64,000 nucleotides of DNA, from the NCBI GenBank assembly GCA_965116875.1, contig OZ220733.1, forward strand, positions 1,536,001 to 1,600,000, written 5' to 3'. This DNA comes from Candidatus Latescibacterota bacterium. GTDB taxonomy: Bacteria; Latescibacterota; UBA2968; GCA-2709665. Every line of letters begins with the position of its first letter. The stretch's first letter is position 1. Position numbers and translations under genes: made by a program. Positions 19,447-30,741 of this stretch are shown here, piece after piece. Under the pieces are notes generated by a model. The model saw nothing but the letters and a program-made list of their open reading frames with translations, did not search any database and had not been told where the DNA came from.

Positions 19447-20712
19447 ATGAGAATTTTGGCAAGTGCGTTCCTCCTGACATCACTCTGTCTGCAACCGCTG
19501 ACTTCGAACGGTCAATCCAACAGTACGATACCAAGAGATTTTTTCTCAGGGATCACGTTGGATGCGTCCGTGTCCGGCCCATTCCTGTCGTACATGCCGA
19601 TTCAAATTTCCGGTACCGTATCCGATCCTCTGATATCCGAGATCCAGTTTCGATTCCTGTACAACGACCATGAGGAAATAAACCAGTGTGGGGCGGCATA
19701 TTGGTACATGGTTCCGGTCCGTGACCAGGAATTCAAACATACGTTATTCTTCAATCACGAACAGGCAGATGAATACGTTCTGCAGTTGAACCTCAAACGG
19801 TGGAAGCCGCCATACTCCTCAGCAGGTGCGTTCCGTCCCTTCGCTGTTCAGAAAGGCCCTGAGATATCGCCGATTCCTGTCGGCTTCTTTTCCGACATCG
19901 AACTGGACTCACCGATCCCCGTTGAAATGATTACCGGTCAGGTTGTTCGTGTTTCCGCAACGGTATTCGACCCGGCGTTATACATGGTCAAGCTGCATTT
20001 CTACAATGAAGCCGGTGATTTTCCGATGTCGCACATAGTCCCGGTGATCGACGGTCGACTTAAAAAACCGATATTCCTGCCGCACAAAACAGCTGGTGTT
20101 TACACACTGGCACTGGAAAGGTTTCACTCCGGGAACACCGTACAAATAAGACGTGACGTCTTCGGCCCCATAAACGTGAAAGAAGGCGAGGGCGCCGCGT
20201 TCTTTCCTTTCGACTACTTCGAGGAAATCGAACTTACGTCGCCGATGCCAGTCGTCTTCGCGCTTGGACGAAAGGTTCGAGTTACCGGTATCGTTTCCGA
20301 TCCACTCGTGCGTCAAGTCGATTTTGAGTTCTTTATTCGCAAATCGGGCCAAAATTTCCCGGGCCTTGTCGTCTTCAGTTCACCTGTGACCAACGGCGAA
20401 TTCAGCATAGATACCGATTTTTCACTCGAACACGGCCACCGACCTGGCGATGGTTCGTTGAATGTATTTCTGTGGAGACGGGGTAACCGCTCGCTCGGCC
20501 CAAGAATATTCAGGCCAATTGCCCTCGAAGCACCCCCCAAGCCGGACTTCGACGGAGACGGGACGGTTGGGTTTCCGGATTTCATCCTGTTTGCAGGAGC
20601 GTTCGGCACGTCTTCAGAAGATCAGAATTTCGAATCCCGGTTCGACCTGAATGGCGATGGAACCGTTGATTTCGGCGACTTTCTAATCTTCGCGCAAGCA
20701 TTTGGACAGTGA
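19447..20712 (+). CDS. Secreted protein with three ~110-aa repeats and C-terminal dockerin-like domain
   Basis: Signal peptide; repeats begin IPRDFFSGITLD, IPVGFFSDIELD, FPFDYFEEIELT; tail DFDGDGTVGFPDF...DLNGDGTVDFGDF. Confidence 0.8.
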   Translation: MRILASAFLLTSLCLQPLTSNGQSNSTIPRDFFSGITLDASVSGPFLSYMPIQISGTVSDPLISEIQFRFLYNDHEEINQCGAAYWYMVPVRDQEFKHTLFFNHEQADEYVLQLNLKRWKPPYSSAGAFRPFAVQKGPEISPIPVGFFSDIELDSPIPVEMITGQVVRVSATVFDPALYMVKLHFYNEAGDFPMSHIVPVIDGRLKKPIFLPHKTAGVYTLALERFHSGNTVQIRRDVFGPINVKEGEGAAFFPFDYFEEIELTSPMPVVFALGRKVRVTGIVSDPLVRQVDFEFFIRKSGQNFPGLVVFSSPVTNGEFSIDTDFSLEHGHRPGDGSLNVFLWRRGNRSLGPRIFRPIALEAPPKPDFDGDGTVGFPDFILFAGAFGTSSEDQNFESRFDLNGDGTVDFGDFLIFAQAFGQ

Positions 20713-20722
20713 TAAGGGGCGA

Positions 20723-20935
20723 CTAAGACAGGCGGGAGGGCGGGAAGGTAAGGTTTCTCTGGGCGTGTTGTTTGTGCTTTCTGTTGTATACTCTCCTGAA
20801 TTCCAGGCCTTTTGCACCGAAGCTGATGAGCAGACCGACGTTGAGATCAGGTGTCTCGGGGTAGTTTTTGGCCCGCGACAGGTGGGCGTCCGACGTCGAT
20901 GCAAGTCTCAGGACAATCTCGAGATTGACTATAGT
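20723..20935 (-). pseudogene. Degenerate 3' remnant of a GxxExxY gene
   Basis: Translation DAHLSRAKNYPETPDLNVGLLISFGAKGLEFRRVYNRKHKQHAQRN aligns by eye with DVHLAQAINYLEAYDLEVGLLVNFGAKSLEFKRVTNQSFKQRAQGN of 16057-16503; GxxExxY and ELK motifs are lost. Confidence 0.75.
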
Positions 20936-21201
20936 TGACCGCGATAGATCAGGAAGCTTGTCGAATTCAGTAGAGTTTCTGCTACGATTGGACAAAGTTA
21001 ATTGACAACAAACAGCGACTCACCGACCATTGTGCAATCGTGGCAACAGGATTGCACGCCCTGTGCCAATTCAGCTTAACGCTTACAGTGCCAAAGGCGT
21101 TTTTCGATGGCAGAACACAAGAAAAGTCATAAGAATCGCACCGAGAATGGGTCGGTTTCCACCGGCATGTGTACCTTAGAGGTCCTGAAAGGAGACGAGA
21201 G

Positions 21202-23190
21202 ATGAGACTTCTCACCTCCGTTTTCATATTGTTGTCGATCTGGATTCAGAAGCTGCCCGCCCAGGAAATTGGTGAGCCGATACCGGTCGAAATCGCCGAG
21301 ACTTCAACGACTCTGACCCTTGATTTCTCGAAATGCGATTACGAGTTGATCCTCTATTCCATTGACACCCATTTGGAAAACGGTGGATTCGGTCACCAAA
21401 GTTCGTTGGGTTACTCCGTGACCGCCGCTTTCGGCGCTTCGGATCCCGTTTCGGATGGCGGTTTGAAGGTCAGTCCACAAGCGCCCGTTCCGGACAGCGT
21501 CAGCCTTGAAAGCCTGCTTCGCGCGCGGGAACGGGAACTTGCGAGCCGCCTGCAGGAAACCGGCGGCTATCGCCCGGGCGCGGCGAAGATCGTCCCGGAA
21601 GAATCAGACAGAATCCGCAAGTTTATCTTTCCCTCGCTTCAAGGCCTGCCAAGGGTCACGATTACTGCGCTTCTGGTAGCGAGCGGCGAGCGTGCGAATG
21701 CCTACGTGGACCTGCTCGACGTCGGCCGGATGAGCAATGAGTCGATCAAAGCGCAGGTCGCCCGCTTCAGCGAGACAACGTATCCCATTGTCACGTCCGC
21801 AATCGGGTCGGCTTCGGACGTGGATAACGATGGCAAGATCCACTTTCTATACACCAATCGCGTGAACCCGGATGATTCCATCTTCGGCGCGGGGGCGTTC
21901 TTCCATGCCCCGTCGTTGCTATCGGTGGATCAGGGAGGCGACGGTAATCTATCCGATATGTTCTATATCGACCCGGACACGGATTCATGGAGAATGGATG
22001 CCGTGCTGGCACACGAGTTTCAACATCTCATCAGCTTCAACCAGCGCGTACTCCTTCGGAACGGACAACCGGAGGATCTCTGGCTTAATGAGGGGTTATC
22101 GCACTTCTGCGAAGACCTTATAGGCGAGAACCGCGCGCACAATGACTGGCATGTCGATATCTTGCTGAGATATACCGGTGGCGGACCGTTGATCACCAGG
22201 CGCGCAAGCCAAAAAAATCGGGGAGCCGCGTATCTTTTTGTGCGCAGCCTTGTTGAGGAATTCGGCCCAGGCGTCCTGGCACGGTTGGTACAATCCGATA
22301 AGGCGGGTCTCGAAAATGTAGAATCCGCAACGGGCGACCGATTTGACCGGATTTTCGACAGGCACGTTGCGAGGCTGCTGTTGAGTGGATTGGGCCTCAA
22401 TACCGAACTCAACTATACAACAGCGCCACTTGCAGACGACGTTTCGCGCGCTCGGGCATTTCCGCTCCCTCATCAAGCATTGATCTGGCCGGGAGGTGGG
22501 TACCAGATCGACGACCGGGGATTTGCGCCGATCCGCAGGGATGATACGCAAGCCGTCACGATCCAGGGAGAAATACTCCAACTCTCGCCGGTGTATATTC
22601 GTCTGATCGGAAATCGGCAACCGACGAAGATTGCCATACGTACAGATCCAAAAGGTGATTTTCGAGCACAACTCGTTTCTGTCCCCGTGAACTATCAGCC
22701 TCAAATCTCGATATCCGGGAATTATTGGCCCCGTGTTGCTCTTGACACGCCGTTGCCCGTGCAGTTCTGGGTAGGCGAGGCCATTCCTGTCAGCGGAAGA
22801 ATCTCCAATGCGTCATTGACCGGAACTGTCGAGTTCTGGTTCGAAAGCGGCTTTCGAGTGATCCGCTTGCAAACGCCAATTACAGATGGAAAATTCAGCA
22901 AGACACTCTTCTTTTCTCCAGATGAAGTCGGGAGATATTCGTTCTCCATCACGGTGGCGGAATGGCACGGGTCAGCGGTCTTTTACCCAATGGACGTGGC
23001 ACACAGGGAACCCCCTTCTCCGGACTTTGACCACGACGGGACGGTTGGGTTCCCGGATTTCATCCTCTTTGCGCGCGCGTTCGGCAAGTCCAGGGGCGAC
23101 GAGGACTGGGAATCCCGGTTCGATCTTGATCTCGACGGCGAGGTGGGATTCTCGGACTATTTGATGTTCGCGGACGCGTTCGGTCAATAG
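21202..23190 (+). CDS. Secreted HExxH zinc metallopeptidase with dockerin-like tail (paralog of 17338-19338)
   Basis: Near-identical N-terminus QKLPAQEIGEPIPVEIAE; VLAHEFQHLISF, WLNEGLSHFCE; tail DFDHDGTVGFPDF; AAGGAG RBS. Confidence 0.8.
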   Translation: MRLLTSVFILLSIWIQKLPAQEIGEPIPVEIAETSTTLTLDFSKCDYELILYSIDTHLENGGFGHQSSLGYSVTAAFGASDPVSDGGLKVSPQAPVPDSVSLESLLRARERELASRLQETGGYRPGAAKIVPEESDRIRKFIFPSLQGLPRVTITALLVASGERANAYVDLLDVGRMSNESIKAQVARFSETTYPIVTSAIGSASDVDNDGKIHFLYTNRVNPDDSIFGAGAFFHAPSLLSVDQGGDGNLSDMFYIDPDTDSWRMDAVLAHEFQHLISFNQRVLLRNGQPEDLWLNEGLSHFCEDLIGENRAHNDWHVDILLRYTGGGPLITRRASQKNRGAAYLFVRSLVEEFGPGVLARLVQSDKAGLENVESATGDRFDRIFDRHVARLLLSGLGLNTELNYTTAPLADDVSRARAFPLPHQALIWPGGGYQIDDRGFAPIRRDDTQAVTIQGEILQLSPVYIRLIGNRQPTKIAIRTDPKGDFRAQLVSVPVNYQPQISISGNYWPRVALDTPLPVQFWVGEAIPVSGRISNASLTGTVEFWFESGFRVIRLQTPITDGKFSKTLFFSPDEVGRYSFSITVAEWHGSAVFYPMDVAHREPPSPDFDHDGTVGFPDFILFARAFGKSRGDEDWESRFDLDLDGEVGFSDYLMFADAFGQ

Positions 23191-23284
23191 CTCGCTCTGG
23201 TTGCAGCGATTGAACCCCACGGCACTCAATCCAAACCATTCTCTTTCGGTATTTATTCCGTCTCAAACACAGCTGGAGGCCGGA

Positions 23285-24541
23285 ATGAGGTCCTTTGCAA
23301 GCGCTTTCCTTCTGTCGGTATTCTGCTTGCATCCGCTATTCGCAAACAACCAATCCAACATCCATATTTCAACCGATTATTTCACAGGCATTACGCTTGA
23401 CAAGCCGGTAAGCGGTCCGTTCTATTCGTACACGCCGATCCATTTTTCCGGCACGGTGTCCGATCCCACCGTGTCCCTGGTCAGATTTGAAGTCTATTTC
23501 AACGAGGCTGAAGACATAGTTAACTGTAATACGTTCAATTACTATAAGGTCCCCGTGCGCGACCGGAGATTCAGCCATACGTTGTTCTTTTCAAATGAAC
23601 AGGCGGATTGGTACCATCTACAGCTTCTTACAAAACTGGGTAAACAGCCGTACTCTTCGGCAGGTGTAGTCCATTCGATCGAAATACAGGAAAACACGAA
23701 AACCTCGCCGATTCCTACCGGTTACTTTCCCGACATTGAATTTGATGCAGGGATACCTGTAGAAATCACGACCGGGCAGACAGTTCGAGTTTCCGGCGCA
23801 TTATTCGACCCGTCTATATCGATGATCGCATTGACCTTCTTTCGGAAGAATGTGGACCTTCCGTTGATACACCGCGCGCCGGTGATAGACGGTAAATTCA
23901 GCAAGATGATTTTCTTTGCTCACAAGACAGCAGGCGTATACGAACTTGAGCTCTGGAGATACCAGGGCAGCGGACAAGGTGCTGCCCCTCAGGATGTATT
24001 CGGGCCCATCCATGTCATGAAAGGCTCGGGAATCGCGTACCTCCCTTACGACTACTTTGAGGAAGTCGTCATTACTTCGCGTACGCCAGTTGTATTTGCG
24101 CCGGGTCAGAAACTGCGGATTACCGGCGCAGTATCCGATCCTTCGGTGTCCAATGTCGAATTCCGGTTCTGGATGCCTGGAGGGTATTTGGGGCAGTCAC
24201 CCGGGACCACGGACGCAGAATTCAAAGCAGCAACCAGCTTTAGACAATTTACCTTGATGGTCGATTTTCCATCCCAACAGCAACCTGGAGATTATCGGCT
24301 CGATGTATTCTTGCATAGACGAGACAATCGTTCCCAGGGCCCCAGAACATTCTGGCCGATTACCATACTCCCCTCCGCTGACTTCGACGGCAATGGCACG
24401 GTCGATCTCGCGGATTTCAGAGTATTTGTACGAGCATTTGGCAGCCCTGCAGTTGGCGAAGGATTCAGGTTCGATCTGAATGGCGATGGGACCGTTGATT
24501 TCGACGATTTCCTGATCTTTGCGAAAGCCTTTGGACAATGA
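23285..24541 (+). CDS. Secreted three-repeat protein with dockerin-like tail (paralog of 19447-20712)
   Basis: MRSFASAFLL signal; same three repeats; DFDGNGTVDLADF...DLNGDGTVDFDDF; GGAGG RBS. Confidence 0.8.
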   Translation: MRSFASAFLLSVFCLHPLFANNQSNIHISTDYFTGITLDKPVSGPFYSYTPIHFSGTVSDPTVSLVRFEVYFNEAEDIVNCNTFNYYKVPVRDRRFSHTLFFSNEQADWYHLQLLTKLGKQPYSSAGVVHSIEIQENTKTSPIPTGYFPDIEFDAGIPVEITTGQTVRVSGALFDPSISMIALTFFRKNVDLPLIHRAPVIDGKFSKMIFFAHKTAGVYELELWRYQGSGQGAAPQDVFGPIHVMKGSGIAYLPYDYFEEVVITSRTPVVFAPGQKLRITGAVSDPSVSNVEFRFWMPGGYLGQSPGTTDAEFKAATSFRQFTLMVDFPSQQQPGDYRLDVFLHRRDNRSQGPRTFWPITILPSADFDGNGTVDLADFRVFVRAFGSPAVGEGFRFDLNGDGTVDFDDFLIFAKAFGQ

Positions 24542-24932
24542 TTGACGTTGATCCGGAGCATATAAAGACTCGGAATCTTCTTCTCCTGCCCCTTCGCCTG
24601 CCACAATGAGCGCCACGTTGTGTTTCCCCTATCGGCCCCACCCGCGATGTGCCGTCGTCGTGACGTGTTGCCGGTATTCCTTTCGCAACAGCCTTCCTGA
24701 AGCGTTTTCCCGATGAAGTCCGGTGAAATGGCTTGACAATGCCCCCGGGTTGCCTGATGTTTTGCAATGGGGCGAGGGGGCGATCCTCTGCGCCCTCCGG
24801 TTGATCCGACGAGTCGACATAGACGTGCGTCTCCATCCCGCCGGCGCCCGCGGGTCCGCATCCCCGGCGACCGGGACGTCGGTTGTTCTGGCGGCGTGTA
24901 TTCCGTACCCGATATTTACTGGACGGCCAACA

Positions 24933-27548
24933 ATGACACGTTTTTCCGTTTCCATTCTCCTGTTGTTATTCTCCTTTCAGCCGGTTTCCGCGCAGAAGAT
25001 CGGGGAACCCCAGGCGGTCCGACTTCTGGGGACGCAAACGCATCTGAACCTCGATTTTACCGACAGGGACTACATGATGTTCCTGTATTCCCTGAATACG
25101 GAAGCGCCACCCGATCTCAAGGAGAGTCCGGAGTACGCGTTCGCTGTATTCGGCGTCTCCAGCGGCGCCAAATCCGCGGGCGTCTCCATTCCCGGCCCCG
25201 GCGCGACGGTCCATTCGGGGGGCGGCCTGGAAGCGCAGCTTCGAAAAAGGGAGCACGACCTTGCCCGCCGCGTACGTCTGACCGGCGGATACCGTCCCCC
25301 GGCGACGAGAATCGCGCCGCATCAGGCGGCCTCCCGCCTCTTCGGATTTCCGGCATACGGCAACGTACCCGACACGACCGTGACCGCGATGCTCATCGAG
25401 GCCGGCCACCGGGCGATTGCCTACGTGGACGTGGCCGACACCGCGCGCATCAGCAGGACGCGGATCCAGTCGGACGTCCACCAGTTTGGCGTCAAGATCC
25501 ATCCCGTTGTGACGTCCGCGCTCTTGCGCGATCCGGGCAGGGGAGACGTGGGACGGGTGTACCTGCTCTACACCCACCTGGTTGACGAAGTGGGTAACGA
25601 TACCACCATGGTACGCGGATTCTTCAGCGCCGCATCGCTCCTGCCCGAGAACCAGGGCGGCAACGGCGACCAGATCAACCTGCTCTTTATCAACCCGTTC
25701 AACGATCCAGGCGTCTCCGATGCCGTACTTGCCCATGAATTCCAACACCTCTTCAGCTTCCACCAGCACGTGCTCATTCGCAACGGCCGGCCGGAAGAAA
25801 ACTGGCTCAATGAAGGACTTTCGCACCTCTGCGAGGACCTGGTTGGCGGACACGAGGCGCACAATCGACAGAATATCGAGCGCTTCCTCGCCAACCCGCG
25901 TGGTACGCCGCTGCGTGGATCGGTGGATGACCCGGGAGTCCGCGGCGCCGCCTATCTGTTTGTCCGGAGTCTCATCGAAGACTTCGGCATGGAAGTCCTC
26001 CCGCGCCTGGTCCAGACGAACAACGTCGGACTCCGCAACGTGAGAGAAGCCGCCGGAGACCGCATCACCGCCGTTTACGAGAGATTTCTGTCGCGGCTGT
26101 ATCTGACCGGGTCGGGAATCAACCCGTCGCTCGAATTCACCACGCCCCTTCTGGCGGACTCTACGAACGGCGCCCGGCTCTTCCCCCTTCCGGACGTCAT
26201 TCCCGTCACATCGGAATCTCCCCCCGCACAGGGCAGCGTCCAGCCCCTGTCCGCGGCCTTTATGCGACTGTCGTATGAAGAGAACCCCACAATATGGATC
26301 CAGACCGACGTCGAGGGTTCTCCGAGCGTGTTCCTTATCCCCGTTCCGCCTCGCGGCCGGACCGATATCACAATTCCCGCCGATTTCTTCAGAGGAATTA
26401 CGCTGGATGCGCCGGTTTCCGGACCCTTTGTTTCCTACAAACCGATTCGATTTTCCGGCGCGGTATCCGATCCTTCAATATCCGAGATCGAGTTTGTGCT
26501 CCTTCTCGAAGATTTCAGCACGAGAAACCGGTTCGTCGTCCCTGTCCGCGACGGAAAATTCACCCATACGTTCTTCTTTTCACACGAGCAGGCGGGCGAC
26601 TACCGGTTGCAGGTCAGAACCAGAACGCAGGCTCAGCAGGACTCCGATCCGGCGGGCACTTTCGGCGCCTTCACGATCGCAGAAGGGCAGGAGACGGCCC
26701 CAATCCCGGCCGGATACTTTGCCGACATTCTCCTCTCCTCGCCGTTCCCCGTGGAATTTCGCACGGGACAGCCGATCCGGATTTCCGGCGCGGTATCCGA
26801 TCCGTCGCTGACTGCAATCACCTTCAGCTTCTGGCACGAGGACATCGACCGGTCCGTGCACTTCGAGGCGCCCGTGATCGATGGGCAATTCAGCAAAACG
26901 GTCCTCTTCACGCACGCTCAATCCGGCGTTCATCAGCTGGCGATCAACAGACAACGGGGAGATACGAACTACGCGCTTCCGCAGGACTCATTCAGTCCCC
27001 TCGTTGTGACGCAGGGAGAAGGCCCGATCCTGATTCCCGAGGATTTCTTCGAAGGAATCCGGCTGGACGCGCCGATGCCCATTGAATACCGGATCGGCCA
27101 ACCGGTGCGGGTGGACGGGGCCATATCCGATCCATCGGTATCGCAGATCGAATTCAGTTTCTCCACGTTTGGGGGGGATTCCGAAGCGCCCTGGGGATGG
27201 TCGGACACGCGTTTCGTCGCGCAGGTCGTGGACGGGCGATTCAGCACGGACATCGAGTTTTCACGCCAGCAGCAGGTCTCGGCTGACTATAGGCTGGACG
27301 TGTGGCTGTGGAGAAGCGGGGAACGTTCGGCGGGATTCAGGAGGTTTGAGCCGGTTTCCATCGGATCGGCGCCATCTCCCGACTTCAACGGCGACGGAAC
27401 GGTGGGATTTGCGGACTTTGTCGCGTTTGCGGAAGCGTTCGGCAGTACGTCCGCGGATCCGGACTTCGATCCGAAGTTCGATCTGGACGGCAATGGGACC
27501 GTTGGATTGGGGGATTTTGTGATCTTTGCCAGGGCGTTCGGGGGGTGA
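24933..27548 (+). CDS. Secreted fusion: HExxH peptidase + three repeats + dockerin-like tail
   Basis: Signal peptide; VLAHEFQHLFSF, WLNEGLSHLCE; IPADFFRGITLD, IPAGYFADILLS, IPEDFFEGIRLD; DFNGDGTVGFADF...DLDGNGTVGLGDF. Confidence 0.82.
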   Translation: MTRFSVSILLLLFSFQPVSAQKIGEPQAVRLLGTQTHLNLDFTDRDYMMFLYSLNTEAPPDLKESPEYAFAVFGVSSGAKSAGVSIPGPGATVHSGGGLEAQLRKREHDLARRVRLTGGYRPPATRIAPHQAASRLFGFPAYGNVPDTTVTAMLIEAGHRAIAYVDVADTARISRTRIQSDVHQFGVKIHPVVTSALLRDPGRGDVGRVYLLYTHLVDEVGNDTTMVRGFFSAASLLPENQGGNGDQINLLFINPFNDPGVSDAVLAHEFQHLFSFHQHVLIRNGRPEENWLNEGLSHLCEDLVGGHEAHNRQNIERFLANPRGTPLRGSVDDPGVRGAAYLFVRSLIEDFGMEVLPRLVQTNNVGLRNVREAAGDRITAVYERFLSRLYLTGSGINPSLEFTTPLLADSTNGARLFPLPDVIPVTSESPPAQGSVQPLSAAFMRLSYEENPTIWIQTDVEGSPSVFLIPVPPRGRTDITIPADFFRGITLDAPVSGPFVSYKPIRFSGAVSDPSISEIEFVLLLEDFSTRNRFVVPVRDGKFTHTFFFSHEQAGDYRLQVRTRTQAQQDSDPAGTFGAFTIAEGQETAPIPAGYFADILLSSPFPVEFRTGQPIRISGAVSDPSLTAITFSFWHEDIDRSVHFEAPVIDGQFSKTVLFTHAQSGVHQLAINRQRGDTNYALPQDSFSPLVVTQGEGPILIPEDFFEGIRLDAPMPIEYRIGQPVRVDGAISDPSVSQIEFSFSTFGGDSEAPWGWSDTRFVAQVVDGRFSTDIEFSRQQQVSADYRLDVWLWRSGERSAGFRRFEPVSIGSAPSPDFNGDGTVGFADFVAFAEAFGSTSADPDFDPKFDLDGNGTVGLGDFVIFARAFGG

Positions 27549-28008
27549 GACCTACCCCCTGACCCCCTTCCGGAAGGAACAAGGAAAAAGGAAGAAGGAA
27601 AAACAGCGGTAACTTTGACTTCTGTCACTTCTGCGATAGTACTCTCACATGATTCGAATGGAAGAGGGTTGCTGAGGAGAGCGGAATACCGTCGGCGTAC
27701 GGTGCTGTCGTGCCCCAGGGAGCGAGGGCATCCTGCCCTCGGCGTCGAATTCGCGAGGCCCTGACGCCGTTAATTCAGATGTGGTTTCGGATGCAAGGGA
27801 AGCAATAGGATGTCGATGCGGTTATCGACGGGGCACCTGCGATTCGAGGGCAGGATGCCCTCGCTCCGGTAACTGGTAAACCACGTTGCGGCTTCATTGT
27901 TTTTCCTCCCTCTTTCTTTTAGGAGAGAGGGCCGGGGAGAGAGGTCTGGGTGGTAGGGAGAAGGGGGTTTTTGGTTTTGTTCTTGATCTTGGCTGATAGC
28001 TGACGGCT
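27549..28008. repeat. Mosaic intergenic repeat: GACCT...AGGTC termini enclosing family D and E modules
   Basis: GACCTACCCCCTGACCCCCTTCC at 27549, GGCCGGGGAGAGAGGTC ending 27946; inside: GAAGGAA heptamers, a ~90-bp module (27606-27698) and an inverted pair of GAGGGCAGGATGCCCTCGCTCC (27719-27741, 27845-27867). Confidence 0.8.
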
Positions 28009-28020
28009 TTTTCCGAGAGG

Positions 28021-28779
28021 TCAGCGGAGCATGGTGTCCGCGTTGCGCCAGGCGATGGCTTCCCTGACCTCTTCGGGCGCGTCCAGGATCCGCAGTTTCT
28101 GCAACGCGGGCGCGGGGGTGTTGAACGGCATGCCCGAGCCGAAGGCCAGGCGCTCGATGCCCCAGGCCCGCGTAAGCCCCTGGATGCTGCGCTCCAATAC
28201 CGCGGTGAGGCGGGAGACGTCCACCAGGAAGCGGACGTCCGGTGGTAATATGCGCCCGGTGAAGCCGGCGCCGTTCAGAATCATCCAGCGGACGTGGGGC
28301 CGCAAATGAAAAAGCCGGCGAAACGTCGCCGGCTTCAGGTCATCGGCCAGGTCCCAGGGATGCCGCTGTCGACGGTCCACAATTCGCATGGGCACCTGAA
28401 CGCACCACCGCAGGTCCGCAACGGCATCCATCAAATCCAGCACTGCTTCGGAATCCGGTTCATACCCGTGGTATTGCGGAACCAGGCGAATTCCGCAAAG
28501 CTCCAGGTCTTCGGCGCACCGGCGCAGGTCTTCCTTCCATCCCGCGTAGGCCGGATTCAGCGTGGCGAACGGGATCAGCCGGTCGCGGTGGCGCAGGACC
28601 TGTCCGGCCAGTTCCTCGTTGGCCGCATGGGGGTTCCTGTAGAACACGCCGTGGACAGACGCCACCACCGCCCGGTCGATCCCGCTACGGTCCATGAGCC
28701 TCAGCAGACCCTGCACCGTATTGTGACGCAACTGACGGAACGGCCAGTGCCCCACCCATGCGTTGACATCTATGATCAT
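28021..28779 (-). CDS. Amidohydrolase family protein (amidohydro_2-like)
   Basis: MIIDVNAW, MDRSGIDRAVV, GIRLVPQYHGY, ERLAFGSGMP; canonical metal-binding His/Asp residues appear degenerate. Confidence 0.7.
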   Translation of the reverse strand: MIIDVNAWVGHWPFRQLRHNTVQGLLRLMDRSGIDRAVVASVHGVFYRNPHAANEELAGQVLRHRDRLIPFATLNPAYAGWKEDLRRCAEDLELCGIRLVPQYHGYEPDSEAVLDLMDAVADLRWCVQVPMRIVDRRQRHPWDLADDLKPATFRRLFHLRPHVRWMILNGAGFTGRILPPDVRFLVDVSRLTAVLERSIQGLTRAWGIERLAFGSGMPFNTPAPALQKLRILDAPEEVREAIAWRNADTMLR

Positions 28780-28806
28780 TACAACTCCCGCAGCCTGAAC
28801 CGCGCC

Positions 28807-29868
<1,062 letters not shown>

Positions 29869-29913
29869 CGATAAAATCCTCCTCCCTTTATCAACAATCC
29901 TCAATTACGGGCA

Positions 29914-30741
29914 TTAACGCTTCAGGGCCACACCGAAGAAAAACGTATTCCCGGCCGTGGTGTTGCATCCGGACGCGACGTGGATCAGGTCCAGACTCAG
30001 CTCCACCGTCGAGTTCAGCCTATAGATGATTCCCGGGGCAATCTTCAGGATGTTCTGATCGCCGATGAGGTCCACTTCATCCCCGGGCTCGCAGTTGCCG
30101 AAGGTCCGGATGCCCGAAATGAATCCCTTGATCAGAATCCGATCGTAGGTAAGGCCGGCCTCGAGGGCGTAGAACATCTCGTTGCTGAACGTCCCCCCGC
30201 GTACCCGATAGCCCAATTCACCCGTGACGTACCCCGGCAGCGGGTAGAGGGACTTTCCAAGGAGAAGCCGCGCGTCTCCGTCCATCTTCTTCGTGCTCAA
30301 CGGCACCCGCGTGCTCTCGTCGTCCTCGTACCAGGTGGGGATCTTCCCGCCGGCGGCCACGGAAGCCACGAAGTCCCTGTTCCACAGCAGGCGGCGCATC
30401 CGGACCTCCACGTCGCCAAACCCCCACCGCCTCTCCAGGGCGGTCCCCGTCTGGAACGTGCGGGTATCCTTCATGTTCTTGTACGGGCCGGTGGCCACCA
30501 GGGTGAGTTCATCGGAGATCCCGTACTCCAGATACCCCGTGAAATTGATGTCCCGCAATCTGCCCTCGCCGTCCTTCGGCACCTTGTCCCCCGCGGCGTT
30601 GATATCCTGGGTGGTATTCAGATACCCACCCGAGAGTTTCAGGTAGTAGCCGCCTTTCTTCTGGGTCCAGGCGCCGGCGAACGCGTGGGATGCGATCAGA
30701 AACGGCAGAATTGCGGTAAGAAATGTACTTTTTCCTCTCAT
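29914..30741 (-). CDS. Hypothetical exported protein, probable outer-membrane beta-barrel
   Basis: Signal peptide, then AWTQKKGGYYLK, YLEYGISD, GFGDVEV, alternating amphipathic strands, C-terminal NTFFFGVALKR. Confidence 0.65.
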   Translation of the reverse strand: MRGKSTFLTAILPFLIASHAFAGAWTQKKGGYYLKLSGGYLNTTQDINAAGDKVPKDGEGRLRDINFTGYLEYGISDELTLVATGPYKNMKDTRTFQTGTALERRWGFGDVEVRMRRLLWNRDFVASVAAGGKIPTWYEDDESTRVPLSTKKMDGDARLLLGKSLYPLPGYVTGELGYRVRGGTFSNEMFYALEAGLTYDRILIKGFISGIRTFGNCEPGDEVDLIGDQNILKIAPGIIYRLNSTVELSLDLIHVASGCNTTAGNTFFFGVALKR

